64,000 nucleotides of DNA from the NCBI GenBank assembly GCA_030704615.1, contig CM060733.1, positions 6,820,001 through 6,884,000 of the forward strand, in the 5' to 3' direction. Of this stretch, positions 51,849 to 62,910 are shown piece by piece. The notes below the pieces were generated by a model. It did no database searches, was not told where the DNA came from, and saw only the letters and a program-made list of their open reading frames with translations. The stretch's first letter is position 1, and every line of letters begins with the position of its first letter. This DNA comes from Takakia lepidozioides. Lineage: Eukaryota > Plantae > Bryophyta. The position numbers and the translations under genes were made by a program.

Positions 51849-52744
51849 CGCAGGGGAGGAACCTACATAAGTCTATCTCAATACATCCTTATGTTGGGCC
51901 TTGGCATAGTAACACGCAGGAACCTCCACTGGGCAGGCGAGGTTCGTGTGGTTTGTCCTGTCGGAGTTTATGGAGGTCTACTAGAGGTCTAGCGGTCTAC
52001 GGAGACTAGTCTACTAGAGTAGCCTAGCCCCAAAGAAAAACCCATTATCAAATATCGGAAATTCGGAAAAAAAATCGTTAAAAACCATGATCATAACCCG
52101 CCATAACCCTAATCCATAACCCTAATAATCCAGCAGCACCAGTAAACCAGGACCACAAACCACCCATACCAACCACCATACAAACCACCATACAAACCAC
52201 TAGCAGAGAAGCAGCAATGCATTGAAACACCTAAACAGCTTTAATCAACTCAAACTAATTGAAACAGCTTTGGAACCACATGAATTGAAAAGAGATGCTC
52301 CGCATTAGACAAGATAGCACACTCACGAAACATGACATGCAAGAATCAAATGGTGCTCTATAACCTCTGGAACGAAAGCGAGTGAGGAAGAGAAGCAAAC
52401 CAACAGCGACGTGGGCGATGCTGACCAACAAAAGCAATAGCAAAACAAAAAGAAAAGTAAATCAACAAACAGAACAAAGAGAGAATGAGAGAATGACATC
52501 AAACCACATGCGTAAACGAGAACATTACCTGCTAGATGCGTGAGCCATTTTGGTGCCCCTGTTGCTGAACTTGAAACGCCTGACCCTTAAGCTTCCTCCG
52601 CTCCGCTCTCCCTTACGCTCTGTTTCCTTCCCGTCTCCTGTCTGCACTTGAATCCGCTGTCTGCTTCATTTCCTCCACTGCATTCTCACGCTGCACTGAA
52701 CTGCACTCTCTCTTCTCTCAGCTCTCACGTGTCAAGTTATTTTA

Positions 52745-53110
52745 CCACTAGTGTGAAACTAGCTAGGAAATAGCTAGTTTTTACATATTGACATTTGGGA
52801 TTGGCCCAAGTGTCAATCCAGGGGTCAAGGCAGATTTAGGCCCTGGAGTGGTTATCTTCACGGCAAGCGCGGAAGGCTCATCTTTCTCGAGTTGAGCCTC
52901 ACCGCACCTAGCTATGGCGCCGTAGTGTGGATTCCCTATGGCGTGGGGTGCACTTGGCTTGACTTGTATTTGAGTGATGAGGTTATATATGCATGAGTTT
53001 ATGCTTCAGATTTATGAGCTCGTGCTTGTATTCTTCTTCTTTATCACTCGAGAAAGATGAGCTCGTATCTGTGAGTGCCAGATACGAGTTAGTTGTAGCA
53101 CTTGTGGTTT
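52745..53110 (+). promoter_or_regulatory. Structured 5' terminal region (hairpins and two potential pseudoknots)
   Basis: Stems 52756-65/52771-80, 52787-99/52805-17, 52876-92/53046-62, 53062-71/53079-88; equivalent stems with compensatory changes at 38640-39025. Confidence 0.7.
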
Positions 53111-53764
53111 TTGCTTGAGAATGAGAGAAACCAAGTTGTTATGCAAGGAGCACCGTGGAGCTCTTGGTTGTTAGAAGCGGAGGCGATGTGGGTTACGAGG
53201 TGGTAGACCTTGGTATTCGATCTTCAGCTTCAGAGATGAAAGCACCATGCTGCAGGTAATTCCAGAGCACCTTGATGGTTTCAGATTGTGTACATGCATG
53301 AGCAAGCACGATTGGAAGAGGACCAGTCAAGAGCAGGTTATAGTGGCTTTGGTGGCAAAGCTGAGAACTGGACTTGGGAATGCGAGCTTTCATTGTGTGA
53401 AGGATTGCAAGACCAAGCGAAATGGCTGATTTGGCTTGGGGCAAATCAGTGCACTTTGTGGAGTATGGTGAGATTGGGTTTCAATCTCGAGCTTCAGCAT
53501 TGAGAGGGCTCTTGTCATGGCAAGAGCAGGGCTGGAACAGGAGCTAAGAGGTGCGGCAAGGCCATGGAATGTGCACCTAGGGTTTCAGAGCTTGGAAGAA
53601 GAGCTCTTGCACCACAAGAGAAGTGTCTTGTGGCTGGAAATGTAAGCCTTAGGGTTTCAAGAGCTTGGCAAAGGCTGTGGAGTGCTTAGTCTTGTCTTAG
53701 AGAGCATCAAGGAGCCAAGGAGCCAAGGAGCCAACATAGGGGGCTGATATCTCGTGTGTGAAGA

Positions 53765-54112
53765 GGTTGCATGTGTGGAGCATGTATTCAGCTCATTGAA
53801 GCTTCCATCTTCAAGCTTGGAAGGCAAGCAAGGAAGAGGGAAGGGCTGACTTCCCTTATGTGAGGGCAATGCATGTGTGGAGCATGCTATCAGCTTGGTG
53901 AAGGCTTGCACTTTCAGGTGTGGGAGTGCAAGAAAGGAAGGAAGGGGCTGGTTTCCCTGTAAGGCATGTGGAGCATGCTTTCAGCCTGCTGAAGCTTGTA
54001 TTTTCAGGTTTGTGGGTGCAAGAAATGAAGCAAAGGAGCTGATTCTCTTATGGTGAGAGTGGGGCATGTGTAGAGCATGCCTTCAGCCCATTGAGGCTCT
54101 TGTTTTCAAGCT
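53765..54112 (+). repeat. Leader tandem repeat, ~95-100 bp unit, 4 copies (GCATGTGTGGAGCATGC..TCAGC)
   Basis: Units start near 53769, 53871, 53964, 54064. Confidence 0.8.
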
Positions 54113-54136
54113 TTAGAGAGCTAGAACGGAAGGTCT

Positions 54137-54325
54137 AGGGCTGTGACGGGCTGTCCCTGTGGCCTTGGGGGCTGTGACGGGCTGTGAGGGGCCGTGACAG
54201 GCTGTGCCCATGGCCTTTGGGGCTGTGAGGGGCTGTGAGGGGCTGTGACAGGCTGTGACCAGTGAGCTGTGTGGGCCTGTGCTGGTCTGTGGTGGCCCGT
54301 TGACCTGTGGACGGCCTGTGCTGAC
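54137..54325 (+). repeat. 10-bp minisatellite (GGGCTGTGAC/G) in the retroelement leader
   Basis: Direct inspection. Confidence 0.85.
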
Positions 54326-54967
54326 TCGTGGAGGCACTGGTGGACTGCCTAAGGACTGGCATGTGGTCTGGAAGGCCGAATTTTGAAGCTCGTGGAGGGC
54401 GGTTTGAGGAGTATCTTCATGATATTCCCATGGTCATGTAAGTGAGGGAAGAGAGGAGAGGAAGAGTGTTGGGATGAGGGCATGCCGGGGTTAGGCATTG
54501 CTTTAGCTTCTCTTCCTCGTAGTTTCCACCCTCTCATTAGGCCAAGACCTTTCCGTAGGTGGAGGCAAGAGTCAGTCCGGGTTTGGGCTGGGGTGTCCTT
54601 GCAAGAGCAACACCGTGGGGTTGTTTTGGTGTGGGGAGTTGTCGTTCTGATTTCTTGTGTTTGGATCCCTCCATACCTGCATGCTTGACTGTGCGCCATG
54701 CTAGTTTTGTGTGGGCGCTTGCTTTTATAGGTGATTTGATCACCGGCCAGTCCTAGAGCATGCTGTCGATGGTGAGGCTGGGGTGATGACCAGCCAGACC
54801 ATCATTGTTTCTCCTGTGGTGAGGTTGGAGGTGATGACCAGCCAACCATAGGAGTGCTTGCGGTGGATGCAGGTACAGGTGTAGGCTATGTTAGGAACTT
54901 AGTATTCCAAACCATAAGCCGCAACAGGTTCTCTACCCGGTTACCTTGTGGAGAGGGGGTTAGGGAC

Positions 54968-56580
54968 ATGTTCATGACGGTTGAGTGTCAACACGGAGGT
55001 GCCACTAGTTGCTGGGGACAGTGCCGGTTGAGCACTAGCGATACTAGTGGGTACACGAGACGAGGTGTGCGGTTTAGGCCACCTTCACCTCCTGTGTCTT
55101 CCACGGAAGGTTCTGATTCGGATTGTGAATCAGGAGGACTCATACCGGCGGTGCAAGTTGTTTCTTTGCCATTGTTGTGGGACACAATGGAGGAGATGTA
55201 TGGAGCTACCAAGGGGCCACGAAGGTACTCTGGGGCGGTGGGCACCATCGAGTTGGATGATTTTATCCAAGAGTTTGATAGTTGGTGTGATTTGCAGCAA
55301 ATGCGCAATCCACAACTATTTACGCCGTTCATGGCATGGAAAGGGCTGTTTCAGCACCTTGAGGGGCCGCCTATGGATGATTACCATGAGTTCAGGCGGG
55401 GGCATGAGGTTGAGATCGAGGAGTGGAGGATGTACTGGTCACCCGACTATGTCTCCATCACTAGGGGCACTAGAGCCACAAGGGCAGTGGCTACACCTGC
55501 CGCTGCCGGCAGCTTCAGCAAGTAGCAGTGGAACTAGTGGACTGGTGGTACAGTAGCTACGACGTCCACCCAAGGCACTACCGCACCAGCACTAGCACCC
55601 GTGCCTGCCTTCAACCCTGTTGTGGAGTTCTTCGAAGAGTTGAGAGGGAACTACCAAGGGGTGAGGATAGAGAAGTTGCGGAGCTTGCAAGAGTTCCAAC
55701 GGAAGCCGACCAAGAGCTTGAGGGAGGCTTTCACTCGCATGAGGCGCTTGATAAATGTAACCCAAGGGGTTACGGAAGCTCAGGCAGTCCAATTCTGGTA
55801 TGGGATATTGGACAAGGAGCTGAGGAGAAGGGTGCGGGATGCAACTCTCCTACAAGCGGCCCAATCCACCTTAGCAAATGTGTTTTTGCTGGCAGAGCGG
55901 ATAGAGCTCAACATGGTGGAGGAACGAGTGGTCATGGTGGGATTTGCTAAGGAGACACCACGGGGTAGTGGTGCTCCTAGCCAACCACTACCTCAACATG
56001 CTCAAGGCAACAAGGGGGCTCAGGTGAAGCTCAGGGAAGGACAGAGAGGACCTCAGATGCAGGGGTCTCTCCCTTCATTTGCTGGCCAACAACGGGCGGA
56101 GGTGGTGTGCTGGACATGTGGAGGACCCCATGTCAAGAAGGATTGCCCAGAGGGAGGCAAAGGGTCGGCACATGCACAGCCTGCACAGTTGCAGTGTGGG
56201 CATTGTGGCAGCACGGGCATGGAGAGGCCCAGTGTTATGGTTTGCATCCTGAGTTGCGCCCAGGCCAGTTCCAAGGGAACAATGGTGGCCGGGGGCAAGG
56301 TGGAGCAGCCTAGAGAGGACGAGGTGGCCAGCCACGAGGCCAAGGGCAAGCTCAACGTGGCCAAGGACGCGGAGGTCAGGGTGTTGACCAAGGCATGGCC
56401 AACCGGCTTCAGCAGCTAGAGCAGAGGCTTGCTGCCATGGCTACAGCTCAGGTGGTACCGGCTCTAAGGCCGGATGGTCCACCTCCTGCTCCCGAGGGAG
56501 GAGATATGGGAGACATGGGATTCATGTGTGGAGCAGCACTACAACTAGCGCAGGTGGAGTCTGCTACATGGGTAGCACCA
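54968..56580 (+). CDS. gag: Gag-like protein with two Zn knuckles (frameshifted in this assembly)
   Basis: Retrotransposon gag-like LRSLQEFQRKPTKSLREAFTRMRRL; CWTCGGPHVKKDC and CGHCG..GHGEAQC; start codon uncertain (54968 or 55187). Confidence 0.85.
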
Positions 56581-56879
56581 CTACCTAGTGTTGCCAAGGC
56601 TGCGGCAGCTAGTGTGCTGCTAGGAGCGGCCACATCTGTGTGCCAGGCTCCATTGTTCTCGGCTACCATGATTGCGACGCCGGGGGTAAACCAGCTGAGG
56701 TGTTCAGGCTGGCAGCTACACTCTGTGAGAGGTGGGAGGTTACTTCATCTTCTGCGGAGATAGTGGGAGGTGTATTGCCGGAGGGATCCTCGGATTTGAG
56801 GGTCAAGACTGCCACGGCGGCGCCATGGCAAGCTGCAGCTGCCAGGTTGATGGAGCTGCCAGCTAGGCCAGCCATTGAG

Positions 56880-57330
56880 CGCGCCATGGTGACATCTGGA
56901 GTTGTCATGTTAGACAACCAGGATGGCATTTTCTGTTTGAGTGGACCGGCAGGCAAGAAGTACCGGCCACTGCGGGTCTTGTTGGACTCGGGAGCTCAGC
57001 CATTGATGCTGGGCAGAGCTGCTATTGCAGGCTTGGGCCTCACGGAGGCGGATATGGAGCCTTGTCCTTTCCAGATACAGACGTCTCTGGAGGATTGGAG
57101 CAGGCTCGGGGCATGACACGGTGTGAGTTGGCTATCAGACTACGGCCGGATCACCCTACAGATGGCTCAGTGATGCGAGCCAAGGCCATTGTGATAGACG
57201 CAGTCTCATACGATGTCCTGGTTGGTGGGGCAGTGTTGTACCCCATGGGCTTCACCCTGGATTTTTGGGAGGAGTCAGCTTCCTATAGGCCTGCATGGCA
57301 GTCAGGGGAAGGCCGGCGTGTGCAGCTCCC
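56880..57330 (+). CDS. Retropepsin-type aspartic protease
   Basis: RVLLDSGAQPLML (D at 56985) and YDVLVGGAVL. Confidence 0.88.
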
Positions 57331-57693
57331 TGTGACGTTCATAGGAGGAGTTGCGGTTGCCCAGCGAGGCAAGATGCCGACACTAGCAGCATTCACAGCG
57401 GCAGTGAGTTGGCCTAGAGAGTTGCTTGAGGGCAATGCTCATTCAGAGGATGTACCACCTCCGGGAGAGCAGGATGACATGTATGGTATGGCGGAGTTGC
57501 CTACCATGGTTGTTCAGACTCCATTGTGGGGCACGAGCAAGGATTTGCAGCGGGATGCTGATCGACGGGTGCAACAAGCCTGGGTGGAGGCTTTTGTACC
57601 GTCAGGAGAGGAGGAGGAGAGTGCAGGGATTGCACCAGGACCACCTCAATTGTCTCCATTGGACACCACACCTATTGTGTGGCAGTATCCGGA

Positions 57694-58650
57694 TGAAGGC
57701 ATTTGTCTTCTGGACTTGTTTGGCGGGATCAGCACCGGATTGGTTGCTATGTTACAGGCAGGTGTACGAGTTCGGCGTTACCTGTATGTGGAGAGGGATG
57801 AGACTGCACGACGCGTTTCACTTCGCCATGTTGCTCAGTTGGTGCAGCGGTACCCTGAGTTGTTGTCGGTGTCTGCAATTCGTGGATATCAGCAGGCCTT
57901 GCCAGCAGACATTTCGTTGCTGGGGGCGCAGGATTTGGAGCGGGTTGGCTCCATTGATCTGGTAGTGGCAGGTTGGCCCTGCCAAGGGCATTCATCAGCC
58001 GGGCATGGCAATGGATTGCGAGACTCGAGGTCGGGTCTGTTTTGGAGATGGTGTGGGTTTTGCGCCACTTGCAGCTTCATCAAGCTGTATCTCCAGCATA
58101 CATCTTGGAGAATGTGCCACTGATGGGCAATTCTTGGGCCAGGGTGATGGCCAGTGTGCATCAAGTCCGGTCGTGGCTTGGGTCAGCAGTGTTGCTAGAT
58201 GCAGCTACAGTGGGGTCACGGGCTCATCGTCCACGGCTATGGTGGACTAACTTGATGCCACCCGCACTGCTCAAGCGTGCATTTGATGGGGTGCAGCGCC
58301 AGCACATCTCACAGTGGATAAATTCTGGACACAAGGAGGCAGTCCCAACGTGTGAGACACGATGACCGTTCGCCTTTGGCAGTGGTCAACAAGGTGGGTC
58401 AACCACGAGCAGCATTACCTACACTGCTCAGCTTCCCAGGATCGCATGCTTTCCGAGATAGTGGACCTGGCCTCCTGTGGGATGCTCAGTTGCAGCAGTT
58501 AGTGGAGCCTAATGCTGACGAGCGTGAGCGGGCAATGGTTTTACCAATGGTACCACGGCGGTGTCGTCTCTTTCTGAGGCATCACGTCGTCAAGTGTTGG
58601 GGCAAGCAATGGATCTCAATTGCTTGACCTGGATTATCAGCTTGGCTCTC
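57694..58650 (+). CDS. C5-cytosine DNA methyltransferase domain, DNMT3-like, motifs I-X
   Basis: I LLDLFGGISTG (D at 57713); II YVERD; IV DLVVAGWPCQGHS (PC at 57977); V GLRDSRSGLF; VI YILENV (E at 58108); VIII AHRPRLWWTNL; IX ERERAM (58520); X RRQVLGQAM (G at 58600). Confidence 0.93.
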
Positions 58651-59099
58651 GCTGAGCAACGCAGAGTGCGGAGTACACTTCCCTCAATGGTCTCTCTGCC
58701 TACCGAGACGGTACAGGCAGTGAGTGGGGGAGCATGTGAGGACCACGGGGTGCATGCATCCATGGCACACGTGGGAGGTGCTCGAGGTTCAGAGGGAGTT
58801 GGCAGCCAAGGCGGCTGTGATGGATGAGGTTGGGGATTCTTCTCGGGTTGAGGAGGTCCTCAAGGATGAGATGATGGGGCAGGATGAGGCTTGTCATTGA
58901 CTGAGCATGCAGGAGTACTGCTCAAGAGGTTGCAACATAGCAACCACTGGACGCGTCCTCTACCTCTAAGCCCACTGGACTTAAGGTTGCAGTTACGGAG
59001 GACAATTGGGAGCCTGACATTGGACCCATTGTCACCGGAGGAGAGAGACGACGTATACGGCGGTTCCCGAGGGCTTACAGGAATTGCTTTGCCTTCAGT

Positions 59100-59800
59100 T
59101 TGAAGGACTTGGGAGCACTGAAGGGTCAAGAGATCCGTATTGAGTTGGCCACTGACACGCCAATCTTTCGGAGACCCTATAGATACAGTGACATGGAGAG
59201 GTCTTTGATTCAGATGAGGACTCAAGATCTCTGGGAGGCGTTTGGTGGAGCTCTCTGGTGGAGAGTATGCTTCAGCCACAGTGATGCCAGCCAAGAAGGA
59301 TGTCTATGGCAATTGGACGGAGAGACGTATGTGCGGTGATTACCGGCCTGTAAATCGTCAGACCAAGTCCGATAAGTATGCCATGCCAACACCAGAGGAG
59401 ATCTTTGATGCCATCGGGCATGCTAAGGCCTTTAGCACTTTGGATTTACGATCCGGATATCACCAGTTGCCAATCAAGGAGGCGGACAAGCAGAAGACGG
59501 CATTTGGGGGATCAATGAGCACGGCAAGGATTGCCTATATCAGTGGCGGTTCTTACCATTTGGGCTTAAGAATGCTCCTGCAGAGTTTCAGAGAGTCATG
59601 GATAGGATTCTAGCAGGGGTGGACTTTGCTCGGTGCTACATAGATGACATCATCATCTTTAGTGTTACGATGGAGGAGCATGAGAGACACCTTCAGGTGG
59701 TATTGGAGCGCTTGAGAGCGCACGGATTGAAGTTGCATCCGGGGAAGTGCAAGTTTTTCCACACCAGATTGAGTATCTGGGTCACATGATATATCCTGGA
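59100..59800 (+). CDS. pol: Reverse transcriptase (Ty3/Gypsy type)
   Basis: RRMCGDYRPVN, FSTLDLRSGYHQ, PFGLKNAPAEFQRVMD, CYIDDII (YIDD 59637-59648). Confidence 0.97.
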
Positions 59801-60039
59801 GGATTGGGGGTACAGCAGACTAAGGTAGAGGCCATTGCACAAATTCCACGCCCCACGGATGTGAGCCGAGTTCGAGCTTTCATGGGGTTGGCAAACTATT
59901 ATAGACGGTTTGTCAAGGGATTTAGTACCATTGCAAAGGCTCTAACCAAGCTGACCAAGGTGGACCAGGAGTGGCAGTGGGAAGATGAGCAGGAACGAGC
60001 TTTTCAAGAGCTCAAGGCGAGGTTGACCTCGGCGCCTAT

Positions 60040-60440
60040 CTTGAGACGACCTATCAGGGGGCGTCCCTTTCAGCTGCATACGGATGGAGCATGCTGGGGC
60101 TTGGAGCGGTGCTCACATAGGTGGATGATGAGGGAAGAGAGTTCGTAGTGGCTTACGCTAGTCGCTCGAACAACGCTGCAGAGGCTAAGTACAGCTCATA
60201 TGAGGAGAGTGCTTAGCTGCAGTGTGGGCCGTGGCACACTTCAGGTGCTATCTATACGGCAAATTTTCACCCTTGTCACGGATCACCAGCCACTCAAGTG
60301 GTTGATGGAGTCAGACAAGCTTACGGGGAAGCTTGCACGGTGGGGCACTTATACTCCAGGGTATGACTTTCAGGTTGTGCATCGACCAGGTTTGGTCAAT
60401 CGGGATGCGGATGGATTGAGTCGCAATCCATGCATGAGCC
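60040..60440 (+). CDS. pol: RNase H
   Basis: PFQLHTD, VVAYASRSNNAAEAKYSSYE, FTLVTDHQPLKWL, NRDADGLSR. Confidence 0.93.
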
Positions 60441-60799
60441 AGCAGGATGACACTGGAGCTCGGTGGCATGGTGAGACGGACGAGGAGATGGTGCCGGGAT
60501 GGCACGCATCTGCATTTTTGTGTATCTTGGCATCGGGAGGTCAGATTGGACCTACAACAGGGATGACTATAGACGGAGTGTCTGAGGACCCTGAGGCTAG
60601 TGATGAGCTAGGTGGTGCCAGAGATATACATGAGGATTCGGCTGTGTTGGACTACCTCCGCACGGGAGACACGGCAGCCATTGTGACTGGCAGGGAGAGG
60701 GATCGGATCCTGCAACGAGCCAAGAGGTTCAAGTGGGAGGGGATACACCTACTTCGAGTGTGGGAGGATGGTCGGGTGAGGATTGTGCCTCACCCCACA

Positions 60800-61860
60800 C
60801 AGCGTGCACGGTTAGTGCGGCATGCCCATGAGGAGTTGGGGCATTTTGGAGTGCGACGTACTCACAGTTTACTGCGGCAGTATTGGTGGCGTGGTATGCA
60901 TACAGAGGTGCAACAGTTCGTGGCTAGGTGCATGGTGTGTGACAGGGTGCGTGCTTCATTCAACGCCCCTACACCACAGTTGCATCCTTTACCAATCATG
61001 GGATTGGGCTACAGGTGGAGTCTTGACTTCGCAGGACCGTTGCCACTGACTATGCGCCACCACAGATATGTGTTGGTGATGGTGGAGCACTTCTCCAAGT
61101 GGATTGAGTTGGTTCCATTGCCTGACAAGGCTAGTGAGGGGGCTGCGTATGCATTCTTGGATCGTGTGTTTAGCCGATTTGGTGCCAGCTGAGGTACTCA
61201 CGGACCAAGGGAGAGGGTTTTTGGGGAGTTTCAGGCTTTGTGTGATAAAGCCTTGATAGACCACCGCACCACTTCTCGGATCATCCTGAGGCCGATGGCT
61301 TAGCAGAGAGAGTTGTTCAGACGGTGAAGAGGGGTTTGCGCAAGTATGGCTTGCAGAAGGGACACCTAGGAGATTGGGATCTTCAGGTTCCTTGGTTAGC
61401 CATGGGCTACAGGTTCAGCAAACAAGCATCACTTGCCTCCTTCTCACCATATTTCCTTCTCTTTGGCCGAGAGCCGGATTTGCCTGCAGCCATTCGTAGG
61501 GACACTGCTCAAGTCCTTAACCTTGACGATCCGGACGTGTGGGTACGTGCATGTGATCAGCGTGCAGAGTTGTTCAAGAAAGTCATGCCCATGGCTTTTG
61601 AGAACCTTGCCATTGCACAGCACCGTGATACGTTGAGGTATGCCACTATACGTGGTGGAGGATATCGTCATGGGGTTCGGAGGTTTAGCCCTGGTGACTA
61701 TGTTTATTTGCAGCAGACTGCTCCTACGACTCTGGATGTTACTGCAGGGCGTGTTATTCTGAGGGTTCGAGAGGTGTTGCCCTCAGGGGTCCTGATCTTG
61801 GAGGGTCGGGATGGCATAACTTGGAAGGACCATGTGCGTAATTGTGCGCCATGTCACCTT
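60800..61860 (+). CDS. pol: DDE integrase
   Basis: HHCC (HEELGHFG...CMVC), WSLDFAGPL, LTDQG, GLAERVVQTVK, SPYFLLFGREP. Confidence 0.95.
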
Positions 61861-61909
61861 CCCAATGTCGATGGCAGAGTTGACCCAAACTTGGCAGTGG
61901 TACCTGCAG

Positions 61910-62059
61910 GTTTGAGGTGCATGCTTGTGGGTCTGCCAAAGGGGCAGCCACCATGCTGGTGTGTGATCGATGCTCAAGGGTTGGCATATGGGATGCTTGA
62001 CACCACCTCTTGAGAAGGTTCCTGACGGAGATTGGTTGTGTCCACACTGCTTGGGATAG
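61910..62059 (+). CDS. C-terminal PHD finger on the integrase
   Basis: After correcting two 1-bp shifts: RCMLCGSAKGAATMLVCDRCS.GWHMGCLTPPLEKVPDGDWLCPHC, a C4HC3 pattern. Confidence 0.85.
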
Positions 62060-62308
62060 TGGCAGTGGACATGACTGGAGGCAGCTAACAAGACATGGGA
62101 GGCCAAGCTCATAGGAGTCAATACATGAGATCCCAAGCTCAAGTTCACAGGTTGCAAGACGGCGACTAACGATGGGGCAACTCTTGCACCCGCCCTCTTG
62201 ATCTATCGAGTTTGAGTGTAGTAGGGATAGTGGTGGAGGACTTAGTGAGGCTATGGTCACTATCACATCTTGTGGCTACCTTGACTTAGAGGGACCTAAG
62301 CACCAGCT

Positions 62309-62507
62309 AGGGGGGCGATTGTGTGGACTAGTGACTGCCATAGTGGGCAGCATAGTGGCAGCCTAGTGAGTGACTAGTTGTAGCCTAGTGGTTGGACTAG
62401 TGGCTGGACTAGTGGTGGACTAGTGGTATACTAGTGTGTGGTATGCACATGTGTTGTGTGGTTTTGGACAGCGATGTAGTTGTGTAGCGATATGTATGCG
62501 CACGACA
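62309..62507 (+). other. Polypurine tract (AGGGGGG, 62309-62315) followed by a 188-bp TG...CA terminal segment rich in ACTAGTGG repeats
   Basis: PPT-CGAT-TGTGTGG... as expected at a 3' LTR start, but no second copy at the 5' end. Confidence 0.65.
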
Positions 62508-62910
62508 CACGGCACCCTGCACAACACAGTCTCTGCTCTTCACGCTCTCCGCTCTTCAAAACTCTCTCTTTTCTAGCGCTATTCGGTCTTACCACTTCCG
62601 TAGCGCTTCCGCGTACACAATGGAGTGGTGAAAGGGTGGGCTGAACGACCACACCCCTTATATGGTGCCGTCGCAAAGGATCTGAACCACCGCGTCCTTT
62701 CAAAATCGAACAGTCGCGCGTGTTCCATCCAACATCCATGCAAATATCATCCAATTCATCATTTCCATTCTATCCATCCATTTTACAAATGACTAGATGA
62801 AATGAAAAAACAGATGAATGAACGAGAAAATATGACGTTAAGGATCCCTTGCACAGGATCATCAATTATAACCCCGTGGGATATTTCCCACACCCCACAC
62901 ATGACGATAA

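Larger units (their letters stand above)
52730..62507 (+). mobile_element. Full-length Ty3/Gypsy-type retroelement encoding a DNMT3-like methyltransferase and a PHD finger (copy 2)
   Basis: TGTC...GACA termini; 4-bp TSD CACG (52726-52729, 62508-62511); PR-RT-RH-IN domain order; each terminus independently matched by copy 1 sequences. Confidence 0.9.

Noticed and set aside
52743-52752. 10-bp complementarity TACCACTAGT with ACTAGTGGTA near the 3' end (62419-62428) as an extended TIR
   Set aside because: The core is a palindrome, the match is short, and it is not conserved in the 38618 copy
52745-53110. Hammerhead ribozyme (retrozyme-like)
   Set aside because: No CTGANGA...GAAA core conserved in both copies
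57694-58650. Bacterial restriction-modification methylase contamination, or a host DNMT3/DRM gene
   Set aside because: Embedded in pol in two copies, intronless, no cognate nuclease, no host-type N-terminal domains; motif order is not DRM-permuted
52730-62507. DIRS/tyrosine-recombinase element as the explanation for methyltransferase plus odd ends
   Set aside because: It has a DDE integrase with HHCC, an aspartic protease and a TSD; the MTase is C5-type; no recombinase or split-repeat structure seen
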